Numbered from the stretch's first letter, positions 51,148 through 63,069 are shown. The stretch is DNA of 64,000 bases from an uncultured Gemmatimonadales bacterium (GCA_963798085.1 CAWCRS010000009.1:160001-224000); one strand, 5' to 3'. Notes: generated by a model from the letters alone, not told the origin. Program-made: numbers and translations.

Positions 51148-52320
51148 ATGTCGACATCGACGCTTCGCCTGGATTACGCCGGCCGACTGCTCTGCGTGCC
51201 GGCATTCGGCCTGCTCGCGGGTGCGCTCGCCGCACGCGCGCAGGCGCCGCTGGAAGCGCCCCGGCTGGAGACAGTCGCCACGGGCGTGTACGTGCTGCAC
51301 AACCCGCGCGCCAACGAGTCCTGGCCACAGGGTAACACGGTGATAGTGGTGGGCGACCGGGCGGCGCTGGTTGTCGACGCGGACTACCTGCCCGGCACCG
51401 CACGCGCCGATATCGACATCATCCGTCGTCTCACCGACAAGCCTGTGCGCTACCTCGTCAACACGCACTGGCACTACGACCACACCAACGGCAACTACGT
51501 GTATCGCGCGGCGTTTCCGGGCCTCTCGATCATTGCGCACCCGGAGACGCGGCGACTGCTGCGCGAGAACGCGCCGCGCTACCTCGCCTCGGTACTCGCG
51601 CCCGAGTCGCCCGTGCGCAAGTCGGTGGCGAATTCGAAGAAGGTGCTGGCCGATCTCGCCGCGAAGGGCGACACGACGGGTCGCGCGCTGTACCAGCAGC
51701 GCCTGGCACAGCGCGAGCTGGAGCTGCGCGAAATTGCGCAGGTGCACGTCGACCTGCCCGACCTGCTGGTGGAACACGAATTGACGATCGACCTGGGCGG
51801 GCGCGAGGTGGTCATTCGACACCTGGGCCGGGGCAACACACCAGGCGATCTCGTGATCTGGCTGCCGCAGGAGCACATCATCGCCACGGGCGACATCGTC
51901 GTCTCACCCATGCCGTACGCCTACAACTCGAGTCCCGGCAGCTGGCTCGGCGTGCTGGATGCGATCCTCGCGCTGCAGCCGCGCGCGCTGCTGCCCGGCC
52001 ACGGCGAAGTGCAGCGCCCGGCCGATGCACCAGGCGCAGCCCATGCGGGTACCGGCGCGGCGGAGCCTGCTAATGTCGCGTTCGTGCGATCGCTGGACTA
52101 CACGCGCGCCGTGCGCGACATGATCGCGGATGTGGTGGACAGAGTGCGCACCGCGTATCGCGCCGGGAAAACGGAAGACGAAGCACGCGCGTCGATCGAC
52201 TTCACCGCGTACCTGCGGCGCCTTGCCGGCGAGGACGAGTTCCTGCAGCAGGTGTTTACCAGCTCGATCGTGACGGCACTGGTGGACCGCGCGTGGGCGG
52301 AGGCGGGGGGCGGCACGTAG
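51148..52320 (+). CDS. MBL-fold metallo-hydrolase, probably exported
   Basis: NTHWHYDHTNGN, GNTPGD, TGD, PGHG; N-terminal signal-like segment. Confidence 0.88.
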   Translation: MSTSTLRLDYAGRLLCVPAFGLLAGALAARAQAPLEAPRLETVATGVYVLHNPRANESWPQGNTVIVVGDRAALVVDADYLPGTARADIDIIRRLTDKPVRYLVNTHWHYDHTNGNYVYRAAFPGLSIIAHPETRRLLRENAPRYLASVLAPESPVRKSVANSKKVLADLAAKGDTTGRALYQQRLAQRELELREIAQVHVDLPDLLVEHELTIDLGGREVVIRHLGRGNTPGDLVIWLPQEHIIATGDIVVSPMPYAYNSSPGSWLGVLDAILALQPRALLPGHGEVQRPADAPGAAHAGTGAAEPANVAFVRSLDYTRAVRDMIADVVDRVRTAYRAGKTEDEARASIDFTAYLRRLAGEDEFLQQVFTSSIVTALVDRAWAEAGGGT

Positions 52321-52490
52321 CGGAGCAGGTCGAGGACCTCAGCGCGCGTGCGTGAGAGCACGGGCGAACCGGCTGCCGCAGGGCGGGTAGCAACGGCGCA
52401 CCCACACGCCGGCGGACTGCTGATGCGCCACCCGGAAAGACACGGCTGCCTCATCGGCGCGCACACTGCGCCCGCCGCACACGCGCCCTC

Positions 52491-53858
52491 GTGACAACCA
52501 GCCAGGCGCCCGCCAGAGCACACACGGGCAGCGTCGGCTTCCTCGAGGCCACGGCGCTGGGGATCGGCGGCATGGTTGGCGGCGGCATCTTCGCGGTGCT
52601 CGGACTCGCCGTGCAGCTGGCCGGCGGAGGCACACCACTGGCGTTTCTGCTGGGCGGCGGCGTCGCGCTGCTCACGGCGTACGCGTACAGCAGGCTCTCC
52701 GTGACCTTCCCCAGCCAGGGCGGCACGGTTTCCTTTCTCAACCTCGCCTTCGGCGATGGGCCGCTCACCGGTTCGCTCAATGTGCTGCTCTGGCTCAGCT
52801 ATATCATCATGTTAGCGCTATACGCATTCGCCTTCGGCAGCTACGGCGCCACCTTCTTCGCGCCGGCAGCGCGTGCGCTCTGGCAGCACATCCTGATGAG
52901 CGGCATCATCATTGCCATGGCCGCGCTCAACCTGCTGAGCACGCGCATCGTGGGCGACGTGGAAGACTGGGTGGTCGCCATCAAGCTCGTGATCCTGCTG
53001 CTCTTCGTCGGGGTGGGCATGGCCGGCGTGCAGGCGGCTCGCCTGTCACCTGCCAGCTGGGAATCACCATTCCGCCTGGCCGCCGGCGGCATGATCATCT
53101 TCGTCGCCTACGAGGGCTTCGAGCTGATTGCCAACATGGCGGCGGACGTGCGGGACGCACAGCGTACGCTGCCGCGCGCCTTCTTCACTTCCGTCGGCTT
53201 CGTCATTGCGCTCTACGTGCTGGTGGCCGCGGTGACGGTCGGCAATCTGCCCGTCGATCGTATCATTGCGGCGAAGGACTACGCGCTGGCTGCCGCCGCA
53301 CGTCCGTTCCTCGGGCCGGCAGGCTTCACGCTGATTGCCGTTGCCGCAATGCTGTCCACCGCGTCCGCCATCAACGCCACACTCTACGGTTCCGCCCGCC
53401 TGAGTTACATCATGGCGAAGGATGGGGAACTGCCCGCGCAGCTGGAGCGAAAAATCTGGAACCAGCCGGCGGAGGGCCTGCTCATCACGACCGCGCTGGC
53501 GCTGCTCGCCGCCAACCTGCTCGACCTGTCCAGCATTTCGACAATGGGCAGCGCGGGATTCCTGCTTCTCTTCGCGGCCGTCAACGTTGCGGGTGTGCGA
53601 CTCGCCGCACGCAGTGGTGCGCGGCCATGGATCGGCGTGCTCGGCGGCGGCGCCTGCCTGACGGCGCTCGCGGCGCTGTTGTGGCAGACCGCATCGACGC
53701 ATCCTTCCCGCCTCTGGATTCTCGCGCTCCTCGTCGCGCTGGCCGTGGTCGTGGAGTTCACGTACCGGGGCATCACGGGCCGCACCATGCGCGTCGCGCG
53801 CGGTCTCGTGCCTGCAGCCGCACCGCGGAGGAGCCCGGCGGACACGCCGTCGTCGTAG
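52491..53858 (+). CDS. APC family amino acid permease
   Basis: IGGMVGGGIF, FVAYEGFE, STASAINAT; many TM helices. Confidence 0.9.
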   Translation: MTTSQAPARAHTGSVGFLEATALGIGGMVGGGIFAVLGLAVQLAGGGTPLAFLLGGGVALLTAYAYSRLSVTFPSQGGTVSFLNLAFGDGPLTGSLNVLLWLSYIIMLALYAFAFGSYGATFFAPAARALWQHILMSGIIIAMAALNLLSTRIVGDVEDWVVAIKLVILLLFVGVGMAGVQAARLSPASWESPFRLAAGGMIIFVAYEGFELIANMAADVRDAQRTLPRAFFTSVGFVIALYVLVAAVTVGNLPVDRIIAAKDYALAAAARPFLGPAGFTLIAVAAMLSTASAINATLYGSARLSYIMAKDGELPAQLERKIWNQPAEGLLITTALALLAANLLDLSSISTMGSAGFLLLFAAVNVAGVRLAARSGARPWIGVLGGGACLTALAALLWQTASTHPSRLWILALLVALAVVVEFTYRGITGRTMRVARGLVPAAAPRRSPADTPSS

Positions 53859-53941
53859 CGCGCACGCTGCCGCGGTTTCGCCTGCGGGCGTCTCTGCGTA
53901 CCATATTGCGATTCCGTGGATGATGATGATCGCTGAGTCGT

Positions 53942-56260
53942 GTGGTTGCGGCCTTCGCCGGCCTTTACACCATCGAGCGCGAGCTGGGGCGTGGTGGCAT
54001 GGCGACGGTGTACCTTGCGACCGATCAGAAGCACGACCGCCGAGTCGCCATCAAGGTGCTCGACCCCGAATTCGCCAGTGTCATTGGCCCGCAGCGCTTC
54101 GTTCAGGAAATCGAGATCGCGTCTCGCCTCACGCATCCACACATCCTGCCGCTCTACGCCTCGGGCAGCGCCGACGGGCTGCTGTACTACGTCATGCCGT
54201 ACGTGGATGGTGAGAGCCTGCGGGTCCGTCTCGAGCGGGAACGCAACCTGAGCCTGCAGGACGCTGTCGCGATTGTGCGCAGCGTGGCGAGTGCGCTGAC
54301 ACTCGCGCACCGCGAGGGTGTCATCCACCGCGACATCAAGCCCGAGAATATTCTGCTCGCGGAAGGCGAGGCGGTGGTGGCTGATTTCGGCATCGCGCGC
54401 GCCATCGGCGCTGCGGGGCCCGAGCGGATGACGGCGACCGGCCTCGTGATCGGCACGCCCGCCTACATGAGTCCGGAGCAGGTAGGCGGCGAGCGCGCGC
54501 TGGACGAGCGCAGCGACGTCTACAGTCTCGGTTGCGTTGCGTACGAGATGCTGGGCGGCCAGCCGCCATTCACGGGACCCAGCGCGCAAGCCGTGATGGC
54601 ACGGCACGTCGCCGACCCGGTGCCGCCGCTGCGCACGCTGCGTCCGGGAACGCCGCTCGGTGTCGAGCGCGCCATCGAGAAGGCGCTGGCGAAAGTGCCG
54701 GCGGATCGCTTCGCCACTGCGGACGCATTCGCGGCGGCGCTCGAACGTGCCAGCACTGATGTCGCGATCGAAGCGGAACGCGGCCGCGCAGGGCGGAATC
54801 GCCGGCGCTGGGCCGCCGCACTCGTCGCCGGCGCCACATTGATCACTGCGGCGACCTGGTGGTTCCTGCGCCTCGCCGCTGCGCCGGCCATCCAGCGTTT
54901 CGCGGTGCTGCCATTCGCCGCCACCGCTGTGGACACGCAGCAGGTGTACTTCGCGGAGGGCATCCACGACGGCCTGATCTCCGAGCTGGCGCGCGATGGC
55001 CTGGGCGTCATTGCGCGCACATCCGTGATGCAGTACCGGAACACGGACAAGCCCGTGCGTGTGATCGCGCAGGAGCTCGGCGTCGATGCCGTCGTCGAAG
55101 CCTCACTGACACGCACCGCGGACAGCGTGTCGATCGAAGCCGGGCTCGTCGATGGCCGCACCGAGCAGTACCTGTGGTCGCATGTGTACGCAGGCGGCGT
55201 GCGTCAGGTCCCCGTCTTGACGCGTGACATGGCGCTCGCCATTGCGCATGCGCTTCAGCCTCGTCGCGCGCCGTCCGCAACATTGCCTGCGCCAGTCGCG
55301 GAAGTCGATCCCGAGGCATACGATGCCTACCTGAAAGGGCAGTTCCATTTGCACCGGCCCGGTCGCGAGGAGCTGGAAACTGCACGGCAGTACTTCGAGC
55401 TGGCGCTGGCCCGCGACTCGACGTACGCGCCGGCATGGGCTGGCATCAGCAGTGTCTGGGGCATTGGCCGGCAGCGCGGCTACTTCTCGCCGCAGCAGGC
55501 CACGCCACTGTCGGACTCGGCGGCGTTCCGCTCGATCGCACTGGACAGCACACTGGCCGATCCGCACTACGCGTTAGCGGAAGGCGACATGTATGCGCGC
55601 TGGGACTGGCAGGGCGCGGATCGCGAATTCCGCCGCGCCAGCGCGCTTCGCCCCGATTATGCAGAAGTGCGGGCCTTCTACGCACACCTGCTCTGCGTGC
55701 TGGGCCGGCCGCGCGAAGCGATTCAGCAGATGGACCGCGCGCTGCAGCTGGACCCGTTCGATCCATTGCTGCAATGGCTGTACGGCGCCGTGCTCACGCT
55801 CGTGGGTCGCTACGACGATGCTGCCACACTCTACCGGCGCGCGCTGCAGAGTTCACCCGACAATCCCGCTCCGGCGTGGCTGCTCTGGGTGACGCTGCAT
55901 GTCGCCGGCCGCTTCGACCAGGCCTGGGTCGAAGCGCAGAACTGGGCCCGCGCAGACGGCAGTCCCGGCGTCGAGGAAGCCCTGCATTGCGGCTACCAAC
56001 AGGGCGGTTATGCAGGCGCCATGCGCGCGGTCGCCGACAACCAGGCCGAGCAGTCGAAGACACGCTACGTCGAGGCCTGGAGCATCGCCATTTGGTACGC
56101 CGCTGCCGGCGACAATGAGAGGACCATCGAGTGGCTGGAGCGCGCCTTCACGGAGCACGATCCCACCATGCCCTATCTGGCCGTGCACCCTGCGTTCAAG
56201 CACGTGCACGGCGACCCGCGCTTCCAGGATCTGCTGCGCCGCATGAACCTCCCGGGCTGA
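53942..56260 (+). CDS. Ser/Thr protein kinase with TM, TolB-like and TPR domains (true start may be ~53916)
   Basis: [54 protein letters not shown] repeats. Confidence 0.93.
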   Translation: MVAAFAGLYTIERELGRGGMATVYLATDQKHDRRVAIKVLDPEFASVIGPQRFVQEIEIASRLTHPHILPLYASGSADGLLYYVMPYVDGESLRVRLERERNLSLQDAVAIVRSVASALTLAHREGVIHRDIKPENILLAEGEAVVADFGIARAIGAAGPERMTATGLVIGTPAYMSPEQVGGERALDERSDVYSLGCVAYEMLGGQPPFTGPSAQAVMARHVADPVPPLRTLRPGTPLGVERAIEKALAKVPADRFATADAFAAALERASTDVAIEAERGRAGRNRRRWAAALVAGATLITAATWWFLRLAAAPAIQRFAVLPFAATAVDTQQVYFAEGIHDGLISELARDGLGVIARTSVMQYRNTDKPVRVIAQELGVDAVVEASLTRTADSVSIEAGLVDGRTEQYLWSHVYAGGVRQVPVLTRDMALAIAHALQPRRAPSATLPAPVAEVDPEAYDAYLKGQFHLHRPGREELETARQYFELALARDSTYAPAWAGISSVWGIGRQRGYFSPQQATPLSDSAAFRSIALDSTLADPHYALAEGDMYARWDWQGADREFRRASALRPDYAEVRAFYAHLLCVLGRPREAIQQMDRALQLDPFDPLLQWLYGAVLTLVGRYDDAATLYRRALQSSPDNPAPAWLLWVTLHVAGRFDQAWVEAQNWARADGSPGVEEALHCGYQQGGYAGAMRAVADNQAEQSKTRYVEAWSIAIWYAAAGDNERTIEWLERAFTEHDPTMPYLAVHPAFKHVHGDPRFQDLLRRMNLPG

Positions 56261-56343
56261 GCGGACCTCGCCCGCACTGGACGCCGACACGCTGTCGCTG
56301 TACAGTGCCCGTATCGCATCGGCTTCCGCGCGGGAGAGTACCC

Positions 56344-56802
56344 ATGGCTACCTACGCCCTCCGCATCAACGGCCGCACGCAGCAGGTCGACGTCGAGCCG
56401 GATACGCCGCTCCTCTGGGTCGTGCGTGATGCACTCGGCCTCACTGGCACCAAGTACGGCTGCGGCATTGGCCAGTGCGGCGCGTGTACCGTGCACATCG
56501 ATGGCCAGCCCGTGCGCTCCTGCCGCACGGCCGTCTCGACGGTGGGCAACAAGGCGATCACCACGATCGAAGGCCTCTCCGCGGACGCCAGCCATCCGAT
56601 CCAGAAAGCATGGATCGCGGAGGAAGTGCCGCAGTGCGGCTACTGCCAGTCGGGCCAGATCATGGCGGCGGCCGCACTGCTCGCGTCCAACAGGAGTCCC
56701 TCGGACGCCGAGATCGACACTGCCATGAACCGCAACATCTGCCGCTGCGGCACCTACGATCGCATCCGGCGCGCCATCCATCGCGCAGCGAAGGAGGGCT
56801 GA
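56344..56802 (+). CDS. (2Fe-2S)-binding subunit (IorA-like)
   Basis: [29 protein letters not shown]. Confidence 0.95.
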   Translation: MATYALRINGRTQQVDVEPDTPLLWVVRDALGLTGTKYGCGIGQCGACTVHIDGQPVRSCRTAVSTVGNKAITTIEGLSADASHPIQKAWIAEEVPQCGYCQSGQIMAAAALLASNRSPSDAEIDTAMNRNICRCGTYDRIRRAIHRAAKEG

Positions 56803-56804
56803 CC

Positions 56805-58939
56805 ATGAGCCGCAATACCAGCATGGACCGCCGCGACTTCATCCGGCTGGGCACGCTCGCGGGCAGCGGCCTGCTGCTCGGCGTCTACGTTCCGGGCGGC
56901 ACCCGCCGCTGGCTGGGCGACGACGCCACCGCCGCCACCTCGCTCCAGCCTAACGCCTTCGTACAGGTCGACACGGACGGCACCGTGACCATCTGGTCGG
57001 CACGCTCCGACATGGGGCAGGGCGTACGCACCGCCATGCCCATGATCGTGGCCGATGAGCTGGATGCGGACTGGAGCACCGTGCACATCCGCCAGGCCGA
57101 TGCGCACCCCACGCAGTACGGCCGCATGATGACGGTGGGCAGCTCGAGCGTGCGCGGCAACGCCTGGATGGCGCTGCGCCAGGCCGGGCGCCACCGCGCG
57201 CCAGATGCTGGTCGCCGCCGCAGCCGCGCGCTGGGGTGTGAGTGCGGCCGAGTGCCGCACCGATAACAGTCGTGTTATCCACGACGCCTCGCACCGCTCG
57301 CTCGGCTACGGCGAAGTCGCAGCAGCGGCCGCCGCACTGCCCGTACCTGCAGAGCCTCGCCTCAAGGACCCGAAGGACTTCAAGCTCATCGGCAAACGCG
57401 TGCCGCTGGTCGACACGAAAGAGAAAGTCAGCGGGCAGGCGAAGTACGGCATCGACGCGCGCACACCGGGCATGCTGTTCGCCACGGTCGTGCATCCGCC
57501 CGTCTTCGGCGACACCGTGAAGTCCTTCGACGCCAGCGCCGCGAAGGCAGTGCGCGGCGTGCGCCATGTCGTCCAGATCTCACAGGGCGTGGCCGTTGTC
57601 GGCGATAACACCTGGGCCGCGCTCAAGGGCGCGAAGGCGCTGACTGTCGAGTGGCAGAGCGGCGGCTTCGCCATGAGCAGTGACGACATTTTCGCCAGCC
57701 TGGCGCAGCTCGCGCAGAAGCCCGGCGCCGAAGCCCACAAGTCGGGCGATGCCGATGCCGGTCTCGCGCGCGCCGCTCACAAGGTCGACGCCGTCTACAA
57801 GGCGCCGTACCTGGCGCACGCGACGATGGAGCCGATGAACTGCACCGCCGATGTGCGCGCCGGATCACTGCGAGATCTGGGCGCCCACGCAGAATCCGCA
57901 GGGCACCCAGAGCGCGGCCGCGCAGATCACGGGCCTGCCTGTCGAGAAGGTCACGGTGCACGTGCCGTACCTGGGCTGCGGCTGGGGCCGCCGTTCGCGC
58001 ACCGACTTCGTGCAGGACGCGGTGGAAGTGTCGAAGCAGATCGGCGCGCCGGTGCAGGTGCTCTGGACGCGCGAAGAGGATATGCGACACGACCAGTACC
58101 GTCCCGCCGCCCACGTCGAGTTCCACGGTGGCGTCGATGCCGCCGGCAGGGTCAGCGCACTGCGCGCCCGCATTGCCACGCCGCCCATCGCAGGCGGCCG
58201 CGGCCGCGTGGACGGCCCCGCCGTCGATGCCATTGCTAACACGCCGTATGCAATCCCGGACCTGGCCGTCGAGTACTGCCAGCCGGACATTGACGTGCCC
58301 GTCGGCTACTGGCGCTCCGTGGGACCGTCGCAGAACGCGTTCTTCCTCGAGAGCTTCATGGATGAGCTGGCCCACGCCGCCAACCGTGATCCGCTCGACG
58401 TGCGACTCGAGCTGCTCGCCAATGCGCCCCGCCTGCGCAACGTGCTGCAGCTGGCGGCCCAGCGAGCGGACTGGAAGACGCCGCCGCCCGCCGGTCACGC
58501 CCGCGGCATCGGCCTGGCCGAGCTGGATGGCTCCCATGTCGCGGAGATCGCAGAAGTCTCGCTGCAGAACGGCCGCGTGCGCGTGCACAAGGTCTGGTGC
58601 GTCGCCGACTGCGGCCGCGTCATGCACCCGGGCATCGTCGAAGCCCAGCTCATGGGTTCCATCATCGGTGGCCTGACCGCCGCGCTCTACGGCGAGATCA
58701 CCATTGAGAAGGGCGCCGCCAAGCAGGGCAACTTCAACGACTACCGCATGGTGCGCATCAGCGAAGCGCCGGAGTACGACATTCACATCGTGGCCAGCGA
58801 CGAGGAGCCGGGCGGCGCGGGAGAGCCGGGCGTGCCCCAGATCGCACCGGCCGTGGCTAACGCGCTGTTCAAGCTCACCGGCACGCGCATCCGGCAGCTG
58901 CCCATCAGTCAGCAGGCGCTGGCCTCGACACAGCAGTAG
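56805..58939 (+). CDS. Xanthine dehydrogenase family molybdopterin-binding subunit (IorB-like), Tat-exported; frameshifts near 57187 and 57861
   Basis: DRRDFI Tat motif, [35 protein letters not shown]. Confidence 0.9.
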
Positions 58940-59014
58940 CGCGCTACTTGTTGCCGAAGGCTTTCGCCGGCACGCTGCGCAGGTGCAGCCTGGGCGCGTG
59001 CACCCCGGCGTCCG

Positions 59015-59788
59015 TCATGCCTGCGTACTCTCGCCGCCCAGCAGCTGGCGCACCGCATCCTGGTAGTGTCGGCCCGTATGGACGCGCGTGCCATCCGCCA
59101 GAATCACGATGTACTCGCCACGGAACCAGCGCTGCATTTCACGGATGCGTGTACGATTCACGATCGTCGAGCGATGAATGCGCAGGAAGCGCGTGGGATT
59201 CAGACGCTGCTGGAGGCTGCCCAGCGTCTCGCGCGTCGTGATGACGTTCTTGCCGACATGCAGCCGCGATTCCTTGCCGTTCGCTTCGATCCAGTCGATC
59301 TGCCGCTGCTCGACGAACAGGTGCCGGCCATCCACCTTCACGACGATCTGGCCACCGTCCACGCCGCGCAGGTCGAGCAGCGCATTCCACCAGAGCGGCG
59401 GCTCGGCCGCCCTGGCCTTGCCCAGCCGCTCGACGGCGCGCTGCACCGCCTGACCGAGCCGCTCCTCGTCGAACGGCTTGAGCAGATAGTCGCAGGCATT
59501 CACCTCGAACGCGCGCAGTGCGTACTGATCGTACGCTGTCACGAAGATCACGAGCGGCGGCGGCGCGCCGCTCATCGCTTCAATGATGTCGAAGCCGTTG
59601 AGCGTGGGGATCTGTACATCGAGGAAGATCAGATCCGGATGCTCACGACGGATCAGCTCCAGCGCGGCTTCGCCATCGGCAGCTTCTCCGACCACATCGA
59701 TGACCGGCCACACGCGCAGCATCGAGCGCAGCAGCCGGCGCGCCGGCTCTTCATCATCCACTACCACGCAGCGCAGCACGCCGCTCAT
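59015..59788 (-). CDS. LytTR family response regulator
   Basis: VVDDE, IFLDVQ, FVTAYDQYA, DYLLKP, FLRIHRSTIVN. Confidence 0.95.
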   Translation of the reverse strand: MSGVLRCVVVDDEEPARRLLRSMLRVWPVIDVVGEAADGEAALELIRREHPDLIFLDVQIPTLNGFDIIEAMSGAPPPLVIFVTAYDQYALRAFEVNACDYLLKPFDEERLGQAVQRAVERLGKARAAEPPLWWNALLDLRGVDGGQIVVKVDGRHLFVEQRQIDWIEANGKESRLHVGKNVITTRETLGSLQQRLNPTRFLRIHRSTIVNRTRIREMQRWFRGEYIVILADGTRVHTGRHYQDAVRQLLGGESTQA

Positions 59789-60930
59789 GCTGTGGCTCCC
59801 GGGCGCTCGGCCGCACCCATGCGCAGCGGAATGCTCAGCTGCACGCGATACCCGCCGGCCAGCGGTGCGGCTTGGAACGTGTGCGCATCGGGATAGAGCT
59901 GCTCCAGCCGGCGCGCCACATTGTCCAGACCAATGCCTCTCCCCGGAACGGCCGCCGCCGCCGCCATCGCATCACCCGATGCACCAGTCCAGTTCGTCAC
60001 GCTGATGACAATGCGCCCGTTCTCGGGCCGCGCGGCAATCTCGATGCGGCCGGGCGACGGATGCGGCTCGATGCCGTGCTTCACCGCATTCTCGATCAGC
60101 GGCTGCAGCACCAGGCTGGGCACGAGCGCGGCTTCGAGCGCCTCGGGCACGGCGTACTGCACGGTCAACCGGTCATGGAAGCGCGCCAGCTGGATGTCGA
60201 GATAGCGACGCGCGAAGCTCAGCTCCTCGCGCAACTCGATCTCGTGTTCGCCCGCATGATCGATCGACATGCGCAGCAGATCGCCCAGCAATGCAAGCAC
60301 ACGGCGGGCCGCCAGCACGTCGCTCTCCATCAGAGCCGACACGGTGTGCAGCGTGTTGAAGAAGAAATGCGGCTGCAGCTGCGCGCGCAGGATCTGCAGT
60401 TCCGCATGCGCCAGCCTCGCCTCCAGCTGCGCCTGCCGCACCCGCCTCGCCTGCAGGTCGCGCGCGAACACGATCGCAAGGCACGCCATGGCGATCGCCG
60501 CGAACGTGAAGAGATTGAGCAGCGTGCCGCTCGAGAGACGCACGCGGAACTGCTGCCCCGGGCTCAGCGCGCGGAGACCCGGAGCGAACTGCTGGTAGTG
60601 CAGAAGGCTCGCCACGCCGCTGGCGATCACGGCCTGCACCAGCACGCAGACCGCCGCCGATAACAGCCAGACCAGTACGCCGAGTGTGGCCGGCGCGGTG
60701 CGCGTGCGCTGCACCATGGCGTAGATCCCGGGCGCGAGCACGGTCCACCCGGCCCAGTACGTCAGGTTGTTCTTCGCCATGTCCGTCCACGTGATCTCGA
60801 TCGCGCGCGGACCCGCGTTGCCCGCCTGGATGGCCTTTTCCAGCACCGTGAACACCGCGGCGATCACGAGCCAGGCGAGCAGACCGGCGCCGAGAATACC
60901 GAACACACGCGCGGGACCGGTCCGCTTCAT
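59785..60930 (-). CDS. LytS-type sensor histidine kinase
   Basis: LRAQLQPHFFFNTLH, LQPLIENAVKHG, GIGLDNV; N-terminal TMs. Confidence 0.93.
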   Translation of the reverse strand: MKRTGPARVFGILGAGLLAWLVIAAVFTVLEKAIQAGNAGPRAIEITWTDMAKNNLTYWAGWTVLAPGIYAMVQRTRTAPATLGVLVWLLSAAVCVLVQAVIASGVASLLHYQQFAPGLRALSPGQQFRVRLSSGTLLNLFTFAAIAMACLAIVFARDLQARRVRQAQLEARLAHAELQILRAQLQPHFFFNTLHTVSALMESDVLAARRVLALLGDLLRMSIDHAGEHEIELREELSFARRYLDIQLARFHDRLTVQYAVPEALEAALVPSLVLQPLIENAVKHGIEPHPSPGRIEIAARPENGRIVISVTNWTGASGDAMAAAAAVPGRGIGLDNVARRLEQLYPDAHTFQAAPLAGGYRVQLSIPLRMGAAERPGATA

Positions 60931-61038
60931 TGCACCGGTCCCGCGCGGTTCGCGTGCAGCCCCGGATTGCAGGCAGCGATAGCGTGCGTGTTCTCGATCC
61001 CTCTCAGTCGCGCCTCCCGGATATCATGCCGCAACGGC

Positions 61039-61800
61039 TCATTTCGACGCCACCTGCTGATCCAGTGTCATGGTCGAGCCATCCGGCCGGTTGATCACCC
61101 AGCGCACCAGGCTGGGCGGGCCATCGATCAGCCACATGGTGCCCCTCACGGTGCCATCCATTCCCAGATCCCGCAGCAGCCAGGCCTGCTTGTGAGTGGT
61201 GCCCAGTACTTCGACATCCTCCCGCCGCACGAACTGGAATAGCCGCGTCTCCAGCGTGGGCGGATTCGCCGGCCGGATCGTCGGTACACGATACACCACG
61301 CCCGTCCGCCGCGGCAGCGACTCCACGACGAGATCGATGAGCGGGCCGAAGAAGGCCGGCTGCGGCAGCGTTGCATCGATGCCGACCGCCTGGCCGCCCG
61401 GCTGCGGCATGGTTCCCCTGATGCTCGCGCCATCCACGTCGAGCGTCGGAGCCGGACCCGGCGTTGCGCCGGTGGGCCGCACGCTCAGCAGCGCCAGGGT
61501 GCGGCGGTTGAACGTGTACTCGGCACCCGGCGGGTTGCCTTCCATCTCCGAGGTGACATGCAGCAGCGGTTTGCCGGCCGTATCCGTGAAGACAAAGCGC
61601 CAGATCACGACCGGCGACTGTCTGCCCGGCATCGATTGGACGGCGCGCGACGCCGACTGCGTGTGCTTGCTGAAATCGACGTACTTCGAGCCGACCGGTA
61701 CATCGACCGTGTCCACCCGCGCCGGCCGGGCCTGTTGCGCCACCAGTGGCGCCGCACTCAGGAGCAGCGCCATGGCGAGACTGTAGGGCCGTGTTAGCAT
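61039..61800 (-). CDS. Hypothetical exported protein
   Basis: gggag RBS; signal peptide ...LLLSAAPLVAQ; upstream of the LytS/LytTR genes on the same strand. Confidence 0.8.
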   Translation of the reverse strand: MLTRPYSLAMALLLSAAPLVAQQARPARVDTVDVPVGSKYVDFSKHTQSASRAVQSMPGRQSPVVIWRFVFTDTAGKPLLHVTSEMEGNPPGAEYTFNRRTLALLSVRPTGATPGPAPTLDVDGASIRGTMPQPGGQAVGIDATLPQPAFFGPLIDLVVESLPRRTGVVYRVPTIRPANPPTLETRLFQFVRREDVEVLGTTHKQAWLLRDLGMDGTVRGTMWLIDGPPSLVRWVINRPDGSTMTLDQQVASK

Positions 61801-61861
61801 GCGATCACTCCCGTGTGATGTGTAAAGGAGACTCCTGTCGGGTCAGGTCGATCCCACGGTG

Positions 61862-61925
61862 GCACGAGTGAGCGCGAGGTCGCTACGAAAACGGCACGAG
61901 AGGAGCACGGCAGGGCACGAAAACG
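61862..61925 (-). promoter_or_regulatory. Helically phased direct repeats, candidate LytTR binding sites
   Basis: ACGA-like cores at 61864, 61874, 61885, 61896, 61907, 61917 (10-11 bp period); acgaaaacg occurs twice. Confidence 0.55.
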
Positions 61926-62265
61926 CCCGGCCGGGGTGCGGGCGCGTGCCGGTGTATGGCGGTCTGCGGAGCTACGAAGTGCGCGGCGGCGTCAAATTTC
62001 AAGCCCGGTCTTCATGGTTGTGCGCGCCGCGGCAGATCTCCGGCCTGAATTGCGTGCGTTGGGCCGGCAGATCCAACGCGCGCGTCTGGCGTCTGATCCC
62101 CGATGCGCGCGCGCGGGTCAGTCGTCCGATGAAGCATCCCGGTGGCGGGTCGCGCAGTCGACCAGAATACCGGCTTCAAGCCGGCGACACACTCCGCTGC
62201 AGTGGGAGTGGGAAGCCTTCGTTGGCCAGGCGCCGCTGCCCAATCCGACCGCGCCGGCCCGCGCA

Positions 62266-62826
62266 TCAGCGATTCGTACGCGGCATCGCCGACGGCGGTA
62301 CCATGCCCAGCAACCGCATATAACTCGCCACCTGGGCGTAGTGCTCGGCGAGGTCCGTGACGAACGCGAGCAGATACGCCGAGCGCACCACGGTACGCCC
62401 GGATCCGCCGGTGGGCAGCGCATCGTTCAGTTTCGAGTCATCCACATTGGCCAGCGCACGGTCGCAGAACGCGAGTGACGCCTTGAGCCGCACCACCAGC
62501 GTGTCCTTCGGCCACTGCGCCTTCACGGTATCCGGCAGTGCGTCGCGCTCGCTCTTCGTCCGCTGCAGCCCGCCGATCGGCTCGCACAGCTGGTAGTTGG
62601 CATCCTCCAGATGTTGCGCAATGTATCCGACCGACTGCTGCACCGGTGTCGGCTTGAACCCGTACTTCGCGGCCGGAATCGAGTCGAACGCGGCCGCCAG
62701 CCAGCCGCCGTAGCGGCCCGCGAAGGACCGGAACGACATCGACGTCGCATTCGGCGTCGACTGCTGCGCCGCCAGACCCACCGGAAAGACCGCGACCGCC
62801 AGGCCGATCGCACAGATGCGCCTCAT
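62266..62826 (-). CDS. Exported DinB family protein
   Basis: Signal peptide; KYGFKPT...SVGYIAQH, EHYAQVASYMRLLGMVPPS. Confidence 0.85.
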   Translation of the reverse strand: MRRICAIGLAVAVFPVGLAAQQSTPNATSMSFRSFAGRYGGWLAAAFDSIPAAKYGFKPTPVQQSVGYIAQHLEDANYQLCEPIGGLQRTKSERDALPDTVKAQWPKDTLVVRLKASLAFCDRALANVDDSKLNDALPTGGSGRTVVRSAYLLAFVTDLAEHYAQVASYMRLLGMVPPSAMPRTNR

Positions 62827-63069
62827 GCACGCCTCCAGAGACTGCAGATCCGTCGCTGCTGCGAGCGAAACCTTCGCTCGACCGCGTCAACCTCTCCCGC
62901 ATTCGCATTCCCTGTCAATCGCGGTTCCAGCCGACTGCACCCGAAAACAGGCTGTTCGCCAATCCCCTGCCGCGTCGCAGGATCGGTCCCCACAAGCCAC
63001 GTGCCCCACCTTCGGCCCCACGAAAAGAACGTGGTTTCCCAGCCCCGGTCCGAGCCCCAGCAACGCCTC

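Noticed and set aside
36413..58939. Programmed frameshifts or pseudogenes in IorB-like, PadR, ADOP and ACP genes
   Set aside because: Single-base indels scattered across unrelated genes with no evident slippery heptamer signals; best explained as sequencing error
61930..62265. Possible small gene or tRNA in the long intergenic gap
   Set aside because: No convincing RBS, protein motif or cloverleaf found
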